Below, piece by piece: positions 1-9,844 of a DNA stretch of 63,101 nt. The position numbers were made by a program, and so were the translations under genes. The notes beneath the pieces are model-generated. The model saw only the letters and a list, made by a program, of their open reading frames with translations, ran no database searches and was not told the DNA's origin. The DNA is from Neovahlkampfia damariscottae (lineage: Eukaryota), in NCBI GenBank assembly GCA_016618085.1, contig JABLTG010000123.1, positions 1 to 63,101 on the forward strand, read 5' to 3'. Numbering within the stretch: position 1 is the first letter of the stretch; every line of letters starts with the position of its first letter.

Positions 1-442
1 AATGATGAAATTTTGATTTCAAAATTTCCAGTCAAAGGAATGATTAAAAAATGGGAAAGAAAAATTCATAGTACAACAGTGAGAAAAATGCTTCATTGGT
101 CTCATTTTCAATTTCGTCAAACATTAAAACATCTTGCTCAAAAAGATTCTGTTCAAGTACATGAAGTTTCAGAACATTATACCAGTTGTACATGGATCAT
201 GTGGATCATGTGGAAAAATAGATTGGAAACTTGGAAAAAAAGATTATTTCAATTGTAAATATTGTAATTTTTCTCTTCCAAGAGATTATAATGGAGCAAG
301 AAATATATTTCTGATGAATATACAAAATTTTATTGGAAATCCAAAAACTGCCAGTACTGCTGGCGACGGTCCTATCCCGAAAGAAACCTTGATTTTAATG
401 TCTGGTCTGATTAATCAGAATGAACGGAAAAGTCAGTTTTAA
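1..442 (+). pseudogene. C-terminal part of a Fanzor2/IS607-TnpB-like RNA-guided nuclease, frameshifted; 5' end lies outside the window
   Basis: Frame 1 reads NDEILISKF..M..RKI..TVRKMLHWSHFQFRQTL..VHEVSEHYTSCT. The next frame reads CGSCG..FNCKYC..RDYNGARNI (zinc finger and RuvC-III). An extra TGGATCA at ~193-199 shifts the frame. Confidence 0.85.
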
Positions 443-450
443 GATAGCGG
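340..450 (+). ncRNA. Candidate omega-RNA scaffold / transposon right end of the Fanzor2 element
   Basis: GC-richer structured stretch overlapping the nuclease 3' end. Pairings: AAAACTG(344-350)/CAGTTTT(434-440), GCCAG/CTGGC hairpin (350-364), CTATC(372-376)/GATAG(443-447), palindrome TCTGATTAATCAGA. Ends in TAGCGG. Confidence 0.5.
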
Positions 451-525
451 TGGGCAAACAATTTCACGAATTTTTCAATATAATTTTGAAAAATTTGATT
501 GGACAAACAACTCGAACAACTGTTG

Positions 526-1893
526 ATGTCAAAAACAACCGCAAAAAAATTTAACCACAAAAATTACTTCATTCATTTTGAGTCAATTTTTACCACACCA
601 GAAATTGGAAAAGAACTGCATACATTTTTAAAAACTGAAATCAATGAAGAACCTTGGTTATTTCTAAATGAAGTAAAAAAATTCAATACTTCAAAAAATA
701 AAATACATGATGCACTTCAAATTATTGAAAAATACATACTAAGAGACTCTGAGTTTGAATTAAACCTTTCTGCTGCTTCAAAAAAAGAAATTCTTGAAGA
801 ATATGAAATTCAAAAAAACAACGAAAAATGGATTTTTTCTTCATCACCAGATGATTTATTCAAAGGTTTATTCAAGTCAGTATCCCAGGAGTTATATCAT
901 GATTCTTGGAAAAGGTTTGTGAGAACCAAAACATGCGTCGAGATAATGAAAAAATATCAATTTGATTCAACAGTAGTTTCACCAAAAACAACTGAAAATT
1001 TTTCTTTTGACGATGATTATTTCAAACATCCTTATATTTTTGACCGAGATTTTGATTTTGCTGAATCTCTATTTAAAGATGATTTTTCATGGGAGTTGAT
1101 TGGAAAAGAAGTTGATGGTAAAATGAATTCTTATTATTCAAATTTGAATTACCTACCAAATGTTAGTATTTGCAAGCATATGCGTTGTATGAAAAGTGAA
1201 TGTGTTCTTTCAGTTTCTTTTCAAAGGTTAGTAATGTCATATTCATCTGTGAGAAGTGCACCAAAATCAGATCCAAATATAACAAGAATTCAATTTTTAG
1301 ATTACAAAAACAAAGATGAATTAAAGAGAATTTACTTAGAAAAAGGTTGGGAAAATGAATTTAATACGGATAGAGAACACGCCACTTTGAAAATTGATAT
1401 CGCAATGCCTTTTCCATTCAATCCAAGAATTTGTTTTCATGGTGATTCTATGATTTATAAGCCAAAAGAAAAGAGTTTAATAGTTCTTTCTAAACCTTGG
1501 ATTCCAAAAGAATACGAATATTTTAAACCAATTGAAACAGAATTTCAAGATAAGTCTGGAAATATCAATTTCAAGAAGGTTTATCCATATTTTAATTATT
1601 TTTTATTGAAATATCAACAAATTGATGAAGAAAAAGTTTTATTTTCTTTGGTGGTCCTTGTTGATTTGGGAGGTTGGGCATCAAATGAAGAACTATTCAT
1701 TTATGCTGCAAAAGAGAGGTCAAAAAAATTTACAGCAACTTTGAATTCATTGTTGGAGGAATTTCCAAAAGATGCAAAATTTGAGGATTACAAAGAACAA
1801 ATGACAGAAATGAAAGATGGGAAGTATGTTGACAGTTTTGGTAAATTAATACATGAATTGAAAATTGATGAAAAGAATTTAATAAATCAATAA
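526..1893 (+). CDS. RGS domain plus START/SRPBCC-like domain protein
   Basis: FLKTEINEEPWLF..IIEKYI..ELNLS..DSWKRF is an RGS pattern. The C-terminal half has START-like features (PFPFNPR, LVDLGGW). Paralogous to 34683-36940. Confidence 0.65.
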   Translation: MSKTTAKKFNHKNYFIHFESIFTTPEIGKELHTFLKTEINEEPWLFLNEVKKFNTSKNKIHDALQIIEKYILRDSEFELNLSAASKKEILEEYEIQKNNEKWIFSSSPDDLFKGLFKSVSQELYHDSWKRFVRTKTCVEIMKKYQFDSTVVSPKTTENFSFDDDYFKHPYIFDRDFDFAESLFKDDFSWELIGKEVDGKMNSYYSNLNYLPNVSICKHMRCMKSECVLSVSFQRLVMSYSSVRSAPKSDPNITRIQFLDYKNKDELKRIYLEKGWENEFNTDREHATLKIDIAMPFPFNPRICFHGDSMIYKPKEKSLIVLSKPWIPKEYEYFKPIETEFQDKSGNINFKKVYPYFNYFLLKYQQIDEEKVLFSLVVLVDLGGWASNEELFIYAAKERSKKFTATLNSLLEEFPKDAKFEDYKEQMTEMKDGKYVDSFGKLIHELKIDEKNLINQ

Positions 1894-2569
1894 ATAAACT
1901 TATTCAATTTTAATTTTCGGAATAAATCGAAAATACTTGTATTATTTATGTAAACTATTTGATTGGACAAAAAAGACAAAAAAAAAAGTTCTTTTTATCG
2001 ACTTTTGCTTGGTCCATGTTAATTTTAGTACTTCTGTTTATTCTTTATCTATATTAACTTTGTTGTTGATCCAGAAATGCACATGTCATCAAAATTGTTA
2101 CACATGTTCGCCACTGGTTTTTATTTTACAGCAGGAATGAATGTTCACGCAACATTCAGAAGAAATGTGATATATACTATTATTGCGTTCCAAAAGCACA
2201 AACTTCAAAAGGAGTACGTTCTGAAGATTTCTACATTCAGAATGTAAAAGAACAAGACAAAGTTGTCAGGATGAAAATGTTGATTCGTTTTTTAATTGAT
2301 TGGTTAAAAGTGGCTTTGAACAACAAGACAAAATTTTATCATCAACTTCACATCCTGTCATATGTTGATCAATATTGGAAAAAAACATGAACCTTTCAAA
2401 AATTGAGGTTTCAATTTCCCTTCTCCCAAATTATTTTTTTCATTAATCGAATCAATGAAAACCACAAATGAAATAGTCATTTAAGCTAATAATCAACAAT
2501 CTTAGAAATACATTTATTCCAAAATCGTTAATTCTTAATCCCACTGTTCAAGGTTTCAAAGAAACCTGC

Positions 2570-4041
2570 GTGAAGATGCCATCCTCTTGGTTATCTTCAC
2601 GTCCAAAAAACAAAAAAATTTCCACCAATTTCCAAGAAAACAACCCATGTTTTTTCTACCAATCACATCAATTTTTTCTATGTCCAAGAAAATTTACAAC
2701 AGACTTTCAAACTATTTTTGAACTAATACCAAACTGTATTATAACTCTCGAAGATGGTTCACAAATTAAACCACAAAATTTCCAAAATATCTTCTTGGAA
2801 AATTTGACTCAAATAGTTGAAATCAATTCAGAAATATACCTCAATAATTTTTTGTCTCTGTTCAAAATTGAAACTTTTTCTTTGACTCCTTTTTGCTTGG
2901 AAAAAATAAAAACAAAAAAAATAATTATGTTAATTGACGGTTTATTGTCATCAGTTGAGATGGATGTGGTTCTTCACCCTTTGGATTTTATTCCTCAAAA
3001 AAATAATTTTTCAATTCAATTAAAGAGAGTATTTTTGAAGTTTAAAGAATCTGATTTTACACCTCTTTCATGGTTCATTGGAAAATCAAAATCAATGGAA
3101 GATTTGTTGAAAAAAACAAAACTGAAACAAGCAAAAAATCGATTGAACTTATATCAACATCAAGCAAATATCAAAGTGAATTTTAATCTAAAATACAAAG
3201 ATATATGCTCTGAAATTAGTTTTGGATTTGTAACCACTCTATATTTCGATCAACTATGGAATTCAAAACACAAATAGATATTTTTAATTTGGATTATTTC
3301 TTGGAATTCACTGGGTTTAAAAAGACGAAACTGTTTGAAAGTCTTCCCAATGATGGCTTTTCATCAGAAGTATCATTCAAATTGGATAAAAAATCACTGT
3401 CATTCAAACAATTTATTTTGAAAAATGTTCCTTTCAAATTCAACAATGTTGATATGATTTTGAAAAATGGAACATTTAAAATAGAATCATCGGTTCTTTT
3501 ATGCGAAATAAATGGAAAGGGAACAATGGTTATTAAAATATATGATGATTATATCAGATCTGATAATAAGTATTTTGGTCATTTTCATGAGAATTTTATT
3601 TCTTTGTCAAATGAAGAATTAAAGAAGTTTGATGAAATTCCAGAAAAATACCAAAACTCCGAACTTCAAATTAAATCATTTTCAAGATTCAATCAAAAAT
3701 ACGAAGAAATGTCAACAAAAATTTCATCAATCAAAATTGATATTTTGAAACCGACATCTTTAACATTGGAATTCAGTAGTGATACTCTTTATTTTTTGAA
3801 ATATTACAATGATAATTCAGCCATTTTAATTCAATTCAATGATAAGTTAGAATCAGATCAACAAATTACAGTTAGGATCGACTTGGCCAAATTCGAATTA
3901 ATTGAGAAAAATTTGATTCTTCAAATAAAAAAATCAATATTAAAATTAGATGCAAGTTTCTTAGAAATTCAAGGGATTGGTGCCATTTATCCTATCATGA
4001 ATAAAAGTAGAATCTACTATTCAAAATCGGTACTCAGAGTT
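2570..4041 (+). pseudogene. Uncharacterised host gene, 5' part, interrupted by the viral insertion
   Basis: ORFs 2570-3277 and 3256-4053 overlap in different frames. The second runs in frame into the TSD (AGA GTT = RV) and resumes at 19103. Confidence 0.55.
4036..4041 (+). repeat. Left 6-bp target-site duplication AGAGTT
   Basis: Identical AGAGTT at 19097-19102, directly outside the inverted termini. Confidence 0.9.
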
Positions 4042-4218
4042 AGCAGCATATAAGAACTTACAGATAAACCTTCTAGGAAATTAAAATTTCCTCTCGGTTT
4101 CCCTAGCGGGGCCTCTGCAAGTTCTTATGCTGCTCCAGAATGAAACTCCAAAATTATTGTATTTTTGAAATCCGCACGGTTACCATTTGGAATGTTGCAG
4201 CCACTCGAATAATTTGAA
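4042..4218 (+). repeat. Left terminal inverted repeat containing a terminal T-shaped hairpin (4042-4134)
   Basis: Aligns to the reverse complement of 18919-19096 with shared blocks GGAAATTAAAATTTCCTC, GGCCTCTGC, ATTGTATTTTTGAAATC and AATGTTGCAGCCACTCGAATAATTTGAA. Confidence 0.9.
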
Positions 4219-4254
4219 AATCTGCCTCATGTTAAGTGCTCTCCTTTCCAACTA

Positions 4255-4351
4255 CAGAAATATCGGTCCGTCTTTTTTTCAAATTTCTTTTTTTCATTTT
4301 TTTATTTTTTCAAAATATTTTTTTTCATTTTTTACGGAACATAATTTATGG
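4255..4351 (+). promoter_or_regulatory. Palindrome-bounded intergenic element, copy 1
   Basis: CAGAAATATCGGTCCGT ... TACGGAACATAATTTATGG with a T-rich spacer, 45 bp upstream of ATG 4397. Confidence 0.7.
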
Positions 4352-4396
4352 ATACGTTTAAAATCATGTTTTTAAATTATAGAATTAATTTATAAA

Positions 4397-4645
4397 ATGA
4401 GTGAAACAAATAATCAAGAAAAAAAAAATGCATGTGATTTTCTTAATGAATTTAACCATTACTATTTACAAGATGCATCAAAAGCGGTTGGAGGAGTTAG
4501 ATGTGTGATAATCGATACCAATAAAGAAGATGACAATAAATATACAGCATATGCAAGAGGAGATAATGGTACTGTTGCCAGATATGATTTAACATATGGC
4601 ATCATACAAGAACAACGTAAAACTTCATATCAATCATACGTTTAA
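4397..4645 (+). CDS. Hypothetical viral protein
   Basis: 82-aa ATG ORF downstream of repeat copy 1. Confidence 0.5.
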   Translation: MSETNNQEKKNACDFLNEFNHYYLQDASKAVGGVRCVIIDTNKEDDNKYTAYARGDNGTVARYDLTYGIIQEQRKTSYQSYV

Positions 4646-4680
4646 AAGAACAAATATAAAATCTCAAATAAAATTATAAA

Positions 4681-4932
4681 ATGGATCCAAAATTACCAAC
4701 CCAAATCAACTATGATGATGAATTACAAGCAAGAGATATGAAAATTGCCAAGTTACTTAAAAAAATAGACGAATTAAAAGATGAAGTTGAAGGTCTTAAA
4801 GAAGATTTGGCTGCATATGAATGTACTGATACAGAAGAAACCGAAGAAACCACACGTACGGATGAAGCCACAATGTCAGGTGTTAATAATGGAAAACAAC
4901 AAATGGTAAACTTCAATGTATATTTTAATTAA
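4681..4932 (+). CDS. Hypothetical coiled-coil viral protein
   Basis: 83-aa ORF with heptad pattern IAKLLKKIDELKDEVEGLKEDL. Confidence 0.55.
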   Translation: MDPKLPTQINYDDELQARDMKIAKLLKKIDELKDEVEGLKEDLAAYECTDTEETEETTRTDEATMSGVNNGKQQMVNFNVYFN

Positions 4933-4976
4933 TTAGTATTATTATGATCAAATAATATTAAAAACAAAAAGCATAA

Positions 4977-5306
4977 TTATAAATCATCAACAAAGACAAA
5001 ATTTATCTTTACGATGGTATTAACGTCGCCTATACAATCAATAGTGAATGTATGAATATTCGAATATTTCTTTATGTGTTGAAAATCATGCTTAAATTTG
5101 ACGCACACTAATTCAAATATTGTCTGTATAACATCCTCATTATGAGTTGTTAAATAAACTATTTGTTTACATTGTGTTTGTTTATCATATATTAATTGAG
5201 TGGTGCATATATAACATTCATCATAATCCTTAAGTTCGCTACTTATGAATTGTAAAACTTTATTAATCATATTAGGATTATCATACCAATCATTTTTTTT
5301 TGTCAT
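4977..5306 (-). CDS. Hypothetical viral protein
   Basis: ORF with likely start MTKK, downstream of repeat copy 2. Confidence 0.5.
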   Translation of the reverse strand: MTKKNDWYDNPNMINKVLQFISSELKDYDECYICTTQLIYDKQTQCKQIVYLTTHNEDVIQTIFELVCVKFKHDFQHIKKYSNIHTFTIDCIGDVNTIVKINFVFVDDL

Positions 5307-5353
5307 GTTTATAAATAATATTAACATTTAATATTTATAATTTTAAACGCAAC

Positions 5354-5459
5354 CCAGAAATTTGGTTCCGTAAAAATTGTAAAAAAACTTTTTCAAAAAA
5401 GTAAAATATCTGAAAATAAAAAAAATAATTTCTTTAAAAATACGGAACATAATTTCTGG
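5354..5459 (-). promoter_or_regulatory. Palindrome-bounded intergenic element, copy 2
   Basis: CCAGAAATTTGGTTCCGTA ... TACGGAACATAATTTCTGG. Confidence 0.8.
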
Positions 5460-5536
5460 AAATTAAATTTGATCATTTTGTTCATTTTTTAACATATTGA
5501 CTAATTGCTCAATTTGTTCATTTTGTTTTTCAATTT

Positions 5537-5908
5537 TCAAATGATGTTCTGATGCTGTTTTTTTGATTTGTTCCTATCACTAAAACTTTCATGTTGTAAA
5601 AATGCTTGATATGTAACACCCATATCGTCTGTAATTGTGACAGAATAATAACCATTATCTGCTGTTGTGTATTCGTCATTTAATGTAAATGCAGCATATT
5701 GGGTTGAAGGAAAAAACATAATTGGTATTGTACTTGCGTCAATTGAAAATCTTTTTACTAATAACTTATATCTATATCCAGAATTTACTAAACTATAAGC
5801 TTGCTTATCTTTGTAAACAAATGGAACAGCAACATTACTTCTATTTACAGCTTGGGCATTGTAATAAATATTATCTGCTAGTTGTGATATTTGGTTGTAA
5901 CTTAACAT
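5537..5908 (-). pseudogene. Truncated minor capsid (penton) protein, N-terminal part
   Basis: DNIYYN..F..YSLVNSGYRYKLLVKRFSIDASTIPIMFFP..YSVTI resembles the N-terminus of virophage/PLV pentons. Only 123 aa long. Confidence 0.6.
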
Positions 5909-5938
5909 TATATTAATACCGGATATTTTTATTTTATT

Positions 5939-6043
5939 CCAGAAAATGTGTTCCGTAAAAATTGAAAATAAACTTTTTTAAAATAAGAAAATATTTGAAA
6001 ATAAAAAAAATAATTTCTTAAAAAATACGGAACCAATTTTATG
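5939..6043 (-). promoter_or_regulatory. Palindrome-bounded intergenic element, copy 3
   Basis: CCAGAAAATGTGTTCCGTA ... TACGGAACCAATTTTATG. Overlaps the protease stop codon and lies 30 bp upstream of the penton ATG. Confidence 0.8.
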
Positions 6044-6595
6044 TTCCAAATATATCATCATACATTTCAACAACAATGTAATCCTCTGAGTTTGCATTTT
6101 TCAAACCTAATTGTTTTAATTGCTTTACCCCATTGTCAACCATATGTTTATATTGTTTTAAAGACAAATGTTTGTTTTTAATCCTTGATGAACACCAGAA
6201 CCCACATGTTTGAGAAGGTGGATCTTTCTTTTGAAATTTGTAATGATTGAAACTTAATTTATATGCCAACTTAAATATGTACGATCTTGTTTTACTTTTT
6301 TATTCATATTAAAATCCGTGAATTTCAATTGTTTATCTGGAAACAATCCATAACTGTCAAAAAATTCAACTTCTCTGTCTGAAATCTTATTTAAACAACA
6401 ATAATGCCCGTACTGGTCTATCTGGAGGTACATGATAATGACTGAACCATTTTTCATATGTAACAGATGCTCTAATGTGTCATAATTGTATAACTCTGAA
6501 TAAATTAATAACTTGTGTCCTGTTATGTTTTCAATTTCTTTATCTGCCAATGGGTATTGTTTGAGTTTTTCTATTTTTTGTTTTAAATCTGCCAT
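6039..6595 (-). CDS. Adenain-like cysteine maturation protease, split by a frameshift near 6260
   Basis: GHYCCL..EFFDSYG (His, Asp) in 6254-6595 and FQ...SQTCGFWC (oxyanion Gln, catalytic Cys) in 6039-6269. Confidence 0.85.
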
Positions 6596-6637
6596 TTATA
6601 TTATAACCAAATAAAATATAAATCACTAAATAAACAT

Positions 6638-6742
6638 CCAGAAATTATGTTCCATATTTTTTGAAAATAAATTATTTTTTGATTGGTTAATTTTTGTTTT
6701 TAAAAAAAATCTTTTTGTTAAAAATACGGACAACAATTTATG
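6638..6742 (-). promoter_or_regulatory. Palindrome-bounded intergenic element, copy 4 (subtype with a CCAAT-containing spacer)
   Basis: CCAGAAATTATGTTCCATA ... TACGGACAACAATTTATG. Much of the spacer is the reverse complement of the copy 5 spacer. Confidence 0.75.
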
Positions 6743-6789
6743 TAAATTTTATATATTTTTTAATAAGTTTTTTGTTATTAAGAAATACT

Positions 6790-7794
6790 TTAACCTTCTA
6801 CACATGGACCATACAAATAAACACCTGATTGTGTGATTACATAAGATGGAAACTGTCTTTGAACGATAGCCCACCTTGTAGGAATAGAACAAAGTTTATT
6901 AACATCTTCATTTGACATATTGTAATATTTGGTTAATACATATTGTAAATTTGCTTTACATGTTGATCTTGGATAAACTACGATGAAGTTACTTTCGTTT
7001 AAAATAATTCTTGTTTCTGAATAGTTGGTTAAATTATGCGCTGTATTAATACATGAAATTTCAGGTAAACCTCCGTTATCATGACCTGGTGGATGTCTTC
7101 CTCTTCTCAAAATTTCATTCTGTAAACTATTGATTGATTTTTTAATTTTTTTGTTAGGTATAGCATCAACATCATCAAACAATATCAAAGAACCTTGTTC
7201 AATATCATTAATGGTGATAGGATTATCTACAACTTCTTGATTTAACAAAACTCTGATAGGATTATATTTATCAAGTGCTTTGTCTTCATTCACATCAGAA
7301 AAAACATAAATTTTATTATTTGGTCTGTTTCTTGCATACTCGGCCATGATTTTACCACACATGACAGATTTACCACTTCCAGCAGGACCTGCAACATACA
7401 TTCGAAAACTTTTTTTCAAAGGTGGAATGAACATGATAAATCCGTCATCAACTTGTATCGAAGTAGTAGCATCTGTATTCATTTTTTTACGAGTTAATGA
7501 ACATATTCGTTTTAATCTTGGATCTTCAGGCTCAATATTTTGTTTGATACAATTGTTGATAATTTTATAATCCAATGCATTTAATCTGATATTTTGGGCA
7601 AATGTCTTTTTATATTGTTTTTGTAAACTGGTAAAATCTATTACATCTTCAAAGTTTTTAACTTTTTCTTTCATTTCATTTGGTACTTTATCTATATCTT
7701 CAACAGTTAACCAAATGACGTTATTTTTCTTTTCACCACAAGTTACATAAGCAATTGGAACACTGTCTTTATTGATTTTTGTAAATGATAGCAT
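6790..7794 (-). CDS. A32/FtsK-like DNA packaging ATPase
   Basis: Walker A GPAGSGKS, Walker B LILFDD, A32 motif ILRRGRH, then RIILNESNFIVVYP. Likely start MLSF at 7794. Confidence 0.9.
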   Translation of the reverse strand: MLSFTKINKDSVPIAYVTCGEKKNNVIWLTVEDIDKVPNEMKEKVKNFEDVIDFTSLQKQYKKTFAQNIRLNALDYKIINNCIKQNIEPEDPRLKRICSLTRKKMNTDATTSIQVDDGFIMFIPPLKKSFRMYVAGPAGSGKSVMCGKIMAEYARNRPNNKIYVFSDVNEDKALDKYNPIRVLLNQEVVDNPITINDIEQGSLILFDDVDAIPNKKIKKSINSLQNEILRRGRHPPGHDNGGLPEISCINTAHNLTNYSETRIILNESNFIVVYPRSTCKANLQYVLTKYYNMSNEDVNKLCSIPTRWAIVQRQFPSYVITQSGVYLYGPCVEG

Positions 7795-7880
7795 TTTATA
7801 TAATAAGTTGAGAAGTTTTTTCTTAATTAACGAAAACTTGTAATTTTTTGAATATTTTTTTTCTGCAACAATTGTATAAC

Positions 7881-8627
7881 ATGAGACAAAAAAACCCAAA
7901 ATATGTAGTCATGCCATTAGTTGGTGGTAAAGCTGAAGATTATATTAAATCAATTTTTAACAAAAGGTCTGGCTATGAGCATTTCAAATACTTTTTCAAA
8001 GAAGGTGTAAAAGAAAAAGCCTTTAAAAAAGATTATACCATTGATAGTTTGTACGCTTACAAAAAATTCTTAGAGACGGAGATACAGAACCCAGTTAGAT
8101 CAAAGACGTCCAAAGATATGATGAAGATTGTTCTACAAGATCAGCTTAAAGGTATAATTGAACAAGCTAAAATAGAACAAGAAGAAGATGATCAAGCATT
8201 AAGTGTTGATAAAGAAAAAACAAAAAAAGAAGCACGAGAAGAATTAAAACGCTCAAACAAAACTACAACACCACCAGGATCTCCAAAACGGACACCACCA
8301 AATGTTACAAAAAAAGAAGCAAGAGATGAATTAAAAAGAAATCCAACAACACCACCAGGATCTCCAAAACCAAAGAAAGTTGAAGAAGAAACATTGAAAG
8401 AACTAACAAAAAAAGAAACATTCATCAATACTGACGTCCTTGGTAAAATTGCAACTTTGAAAAACTATGTTGCAAAAATTGATGGTAGAGTAATAAAGTT
8501 CAGTGAAGGAATAACAGAATATGATAAGAATAAAGATGAAAGTCTTAAAAATAAACTGTTCGAAGAGTATGAGGATCTTAATGAAATTATTGCTGAACTG
8601 AAAACGAGATACGACAGAACGACTTGA
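7881..8627 (+). CDS. Lys/Glu-rich putative virion core protein, 5' part; may join the next ORF across a frameshift
   Basis: Internal repeat KKEAR(E/D)ELKR..TTPPGSPK present twice. LVGG motif near the N-terminus. Confidence 0.55.
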   Translation: MRQKNPKYVVMPLVGGKAEDYIKSIFNKRSGYEHFKYFFKEGVKEKAFKKDYTIDSLYAYKKFLETEIQNPVRSKTSKDMMKIVLQDQLKGIIEQAKIEQEEDDQALSVDKEKTKKEAREELKRSNKTTTPPGSPKRTPPNVTKKEARDELKRNPTTPPGSPKPKKVEEETLKELTKKETFINTDVLGKIATLKNYVAKIDGRVIKFSEGITEYDKNKDESLKNKLFEEYEDLNEIIAELKTRYDRTT

Positions 8628-8634
8628 TGCAATA

Positions 8635-9822
8635 GTGAAAAACTCAGAAAATCAATTAAATAAAATTCAAAATATGCAAATATTTGAAAATTTAAGTACC
8701 GCTGCACAGATACCAAAAGAAGTTGCCGACATCATGCATAATTATTCAATTGCTTTTAGTTTTAAACTTGGCACTGGTGGTAAAAAAAGAGCTATAATGG
8801 ATGGTATTCTCAACGCATTTTACGGGATTGATAATTTAATGAAAGATTTCGACGAATTTAAAAACAAAATCAGTAATTTGGATTTAACATTCAAAAACAG
8901 ATACAAAGATTTACAAAGAATTATTGGCGAAATTAGCCCTGAACCTTCATCGGAAAAACCAAAACCAAAAGAACCAGACGTTCCATTACCATCAACTGAT
9001 GTAGAAACTTTGAAAAAGTCACTGAAAAAGGAAGATTTAATCAATGTCATCATGAGAAGACTACCGGAGGCGAAAAGAAGCGACTTGGAAGCAATGACAA
9101 TCGATGATTTAATTCTAGCTAGTCATGATATTGGGATTAATTTGTATGATTTGAATGTTTTGAAAGTTCCTAAAAATGCATCAAAGGAACAAAGGGATTT
9201 AATCAGTAATCTTGAAGAATTAAGAAGGGAGAGAGAAATTCAATCAGAATTCCAAAGATTAAGGGAAAGAGTAACTGGTGAAGAAGCGATGAATTTGGCA
9301 CAACAAAAAGAAAATCAATTGAAAGGTGTTAAGAAAACATTTAAAAAACAAACAGATAAAACCAAAATTCCTAAAAAGAAAGTTCCAGCTGCAAAAAAAT
9401 TAACCAAAGCAGAAAAACAATATACCGAAAATTTGAAAGAAAATAATCAAACCATCCAATTTAACGAACAACAGGTAATGGGTATGGGTTTAGACAATAA
9501 AATTAAACAAAATCTTAAAAACATTTTAAAAACAAATGAACCAACCATACAAGTAGATGAACACCAAATTAAAGGTCTTGGAATAAATCAAAGTAAATTG
9601 GAGAAAGAAAAGAATTTATTAAAATTGAAATATCCTAAAGACACAGAAGCAACTTATTATGATTATGGGAATGTTGTCGAAGATCGTTTACGTGCTCAAG
9701 AAGTTACAAAAAGTAAAATAACAGAAGATGTCAACCTAAGTGATAAACAGGAAAGATTTGATTATAATGATGATGGAAAAAGAAAACTCGCAGCATTACA
9801 AAGGAGGGTTTATGGTTTGTAA
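8635..9822 (+). CDS. Coiled-coil putative virion protein, 3' part
   Basis: 395-aa ORF whose frame is open across the previous stop. Repeated QTIQFNEQQVMGMG / PTIQVDEHQIKGLG. Confidence 0.55.
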   Translation: MKNSENQLNKIQNMQIFENLSTAAQIPKEVADIMHNYSIAFSFKLGTGGKKRAIMDGILNAFYGIDNLMKDFDEFKNKISNLDLTFKNRYKDLQRIIGEISPEPSSEKPKPKEPDVPLPSTDVETLKKSLKKEDLINVIMRRLPEAKRSDLEAMTIDDLILASHDIGINLYDLNVLKVPKNASKEQRDLISNLEELRREREIQSEFQRLRERVTGEEAMNLAQQKENQLKGVKKTFKKQTDKTKIPKKKVPAAKKLTKAEKQYTENLKENNQTIQFNEQQVMGMGLDNKIKQNLKNILKTNEPTIQVDEHQIKGLGINQSKLEKEKNLLKLKYPKDTEATYYDYGNVVEDRLRAQEVTKSKITEDVNLSDKQERFDYNDDGKRKLAALQRRVYGL

Positions 9823-9844
9823 TTAATTTATCAAGTAAATATAT

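Noticed and set aside
1937..2500. Cys-rich coding-like fragments
   Set aside because: No continuous frame or recognisable domain; possibly a degraded gene.
4042..4218. Terminal structured repeats as two independent ncRNA genes
   Set aside because: They start exactly at the TSD-defined ends in inverted orientation and show no snRNA, SRP or tRNA motifs; TIRs explain them better.
8192..9053. Antisense ORFs here and similar short ORFs opposite real genes throughout the track
   Set aside because: Phe/Ser-rich shadows of Lys/Glu-rich sense genes in AT-rich DNA, with no motifs.
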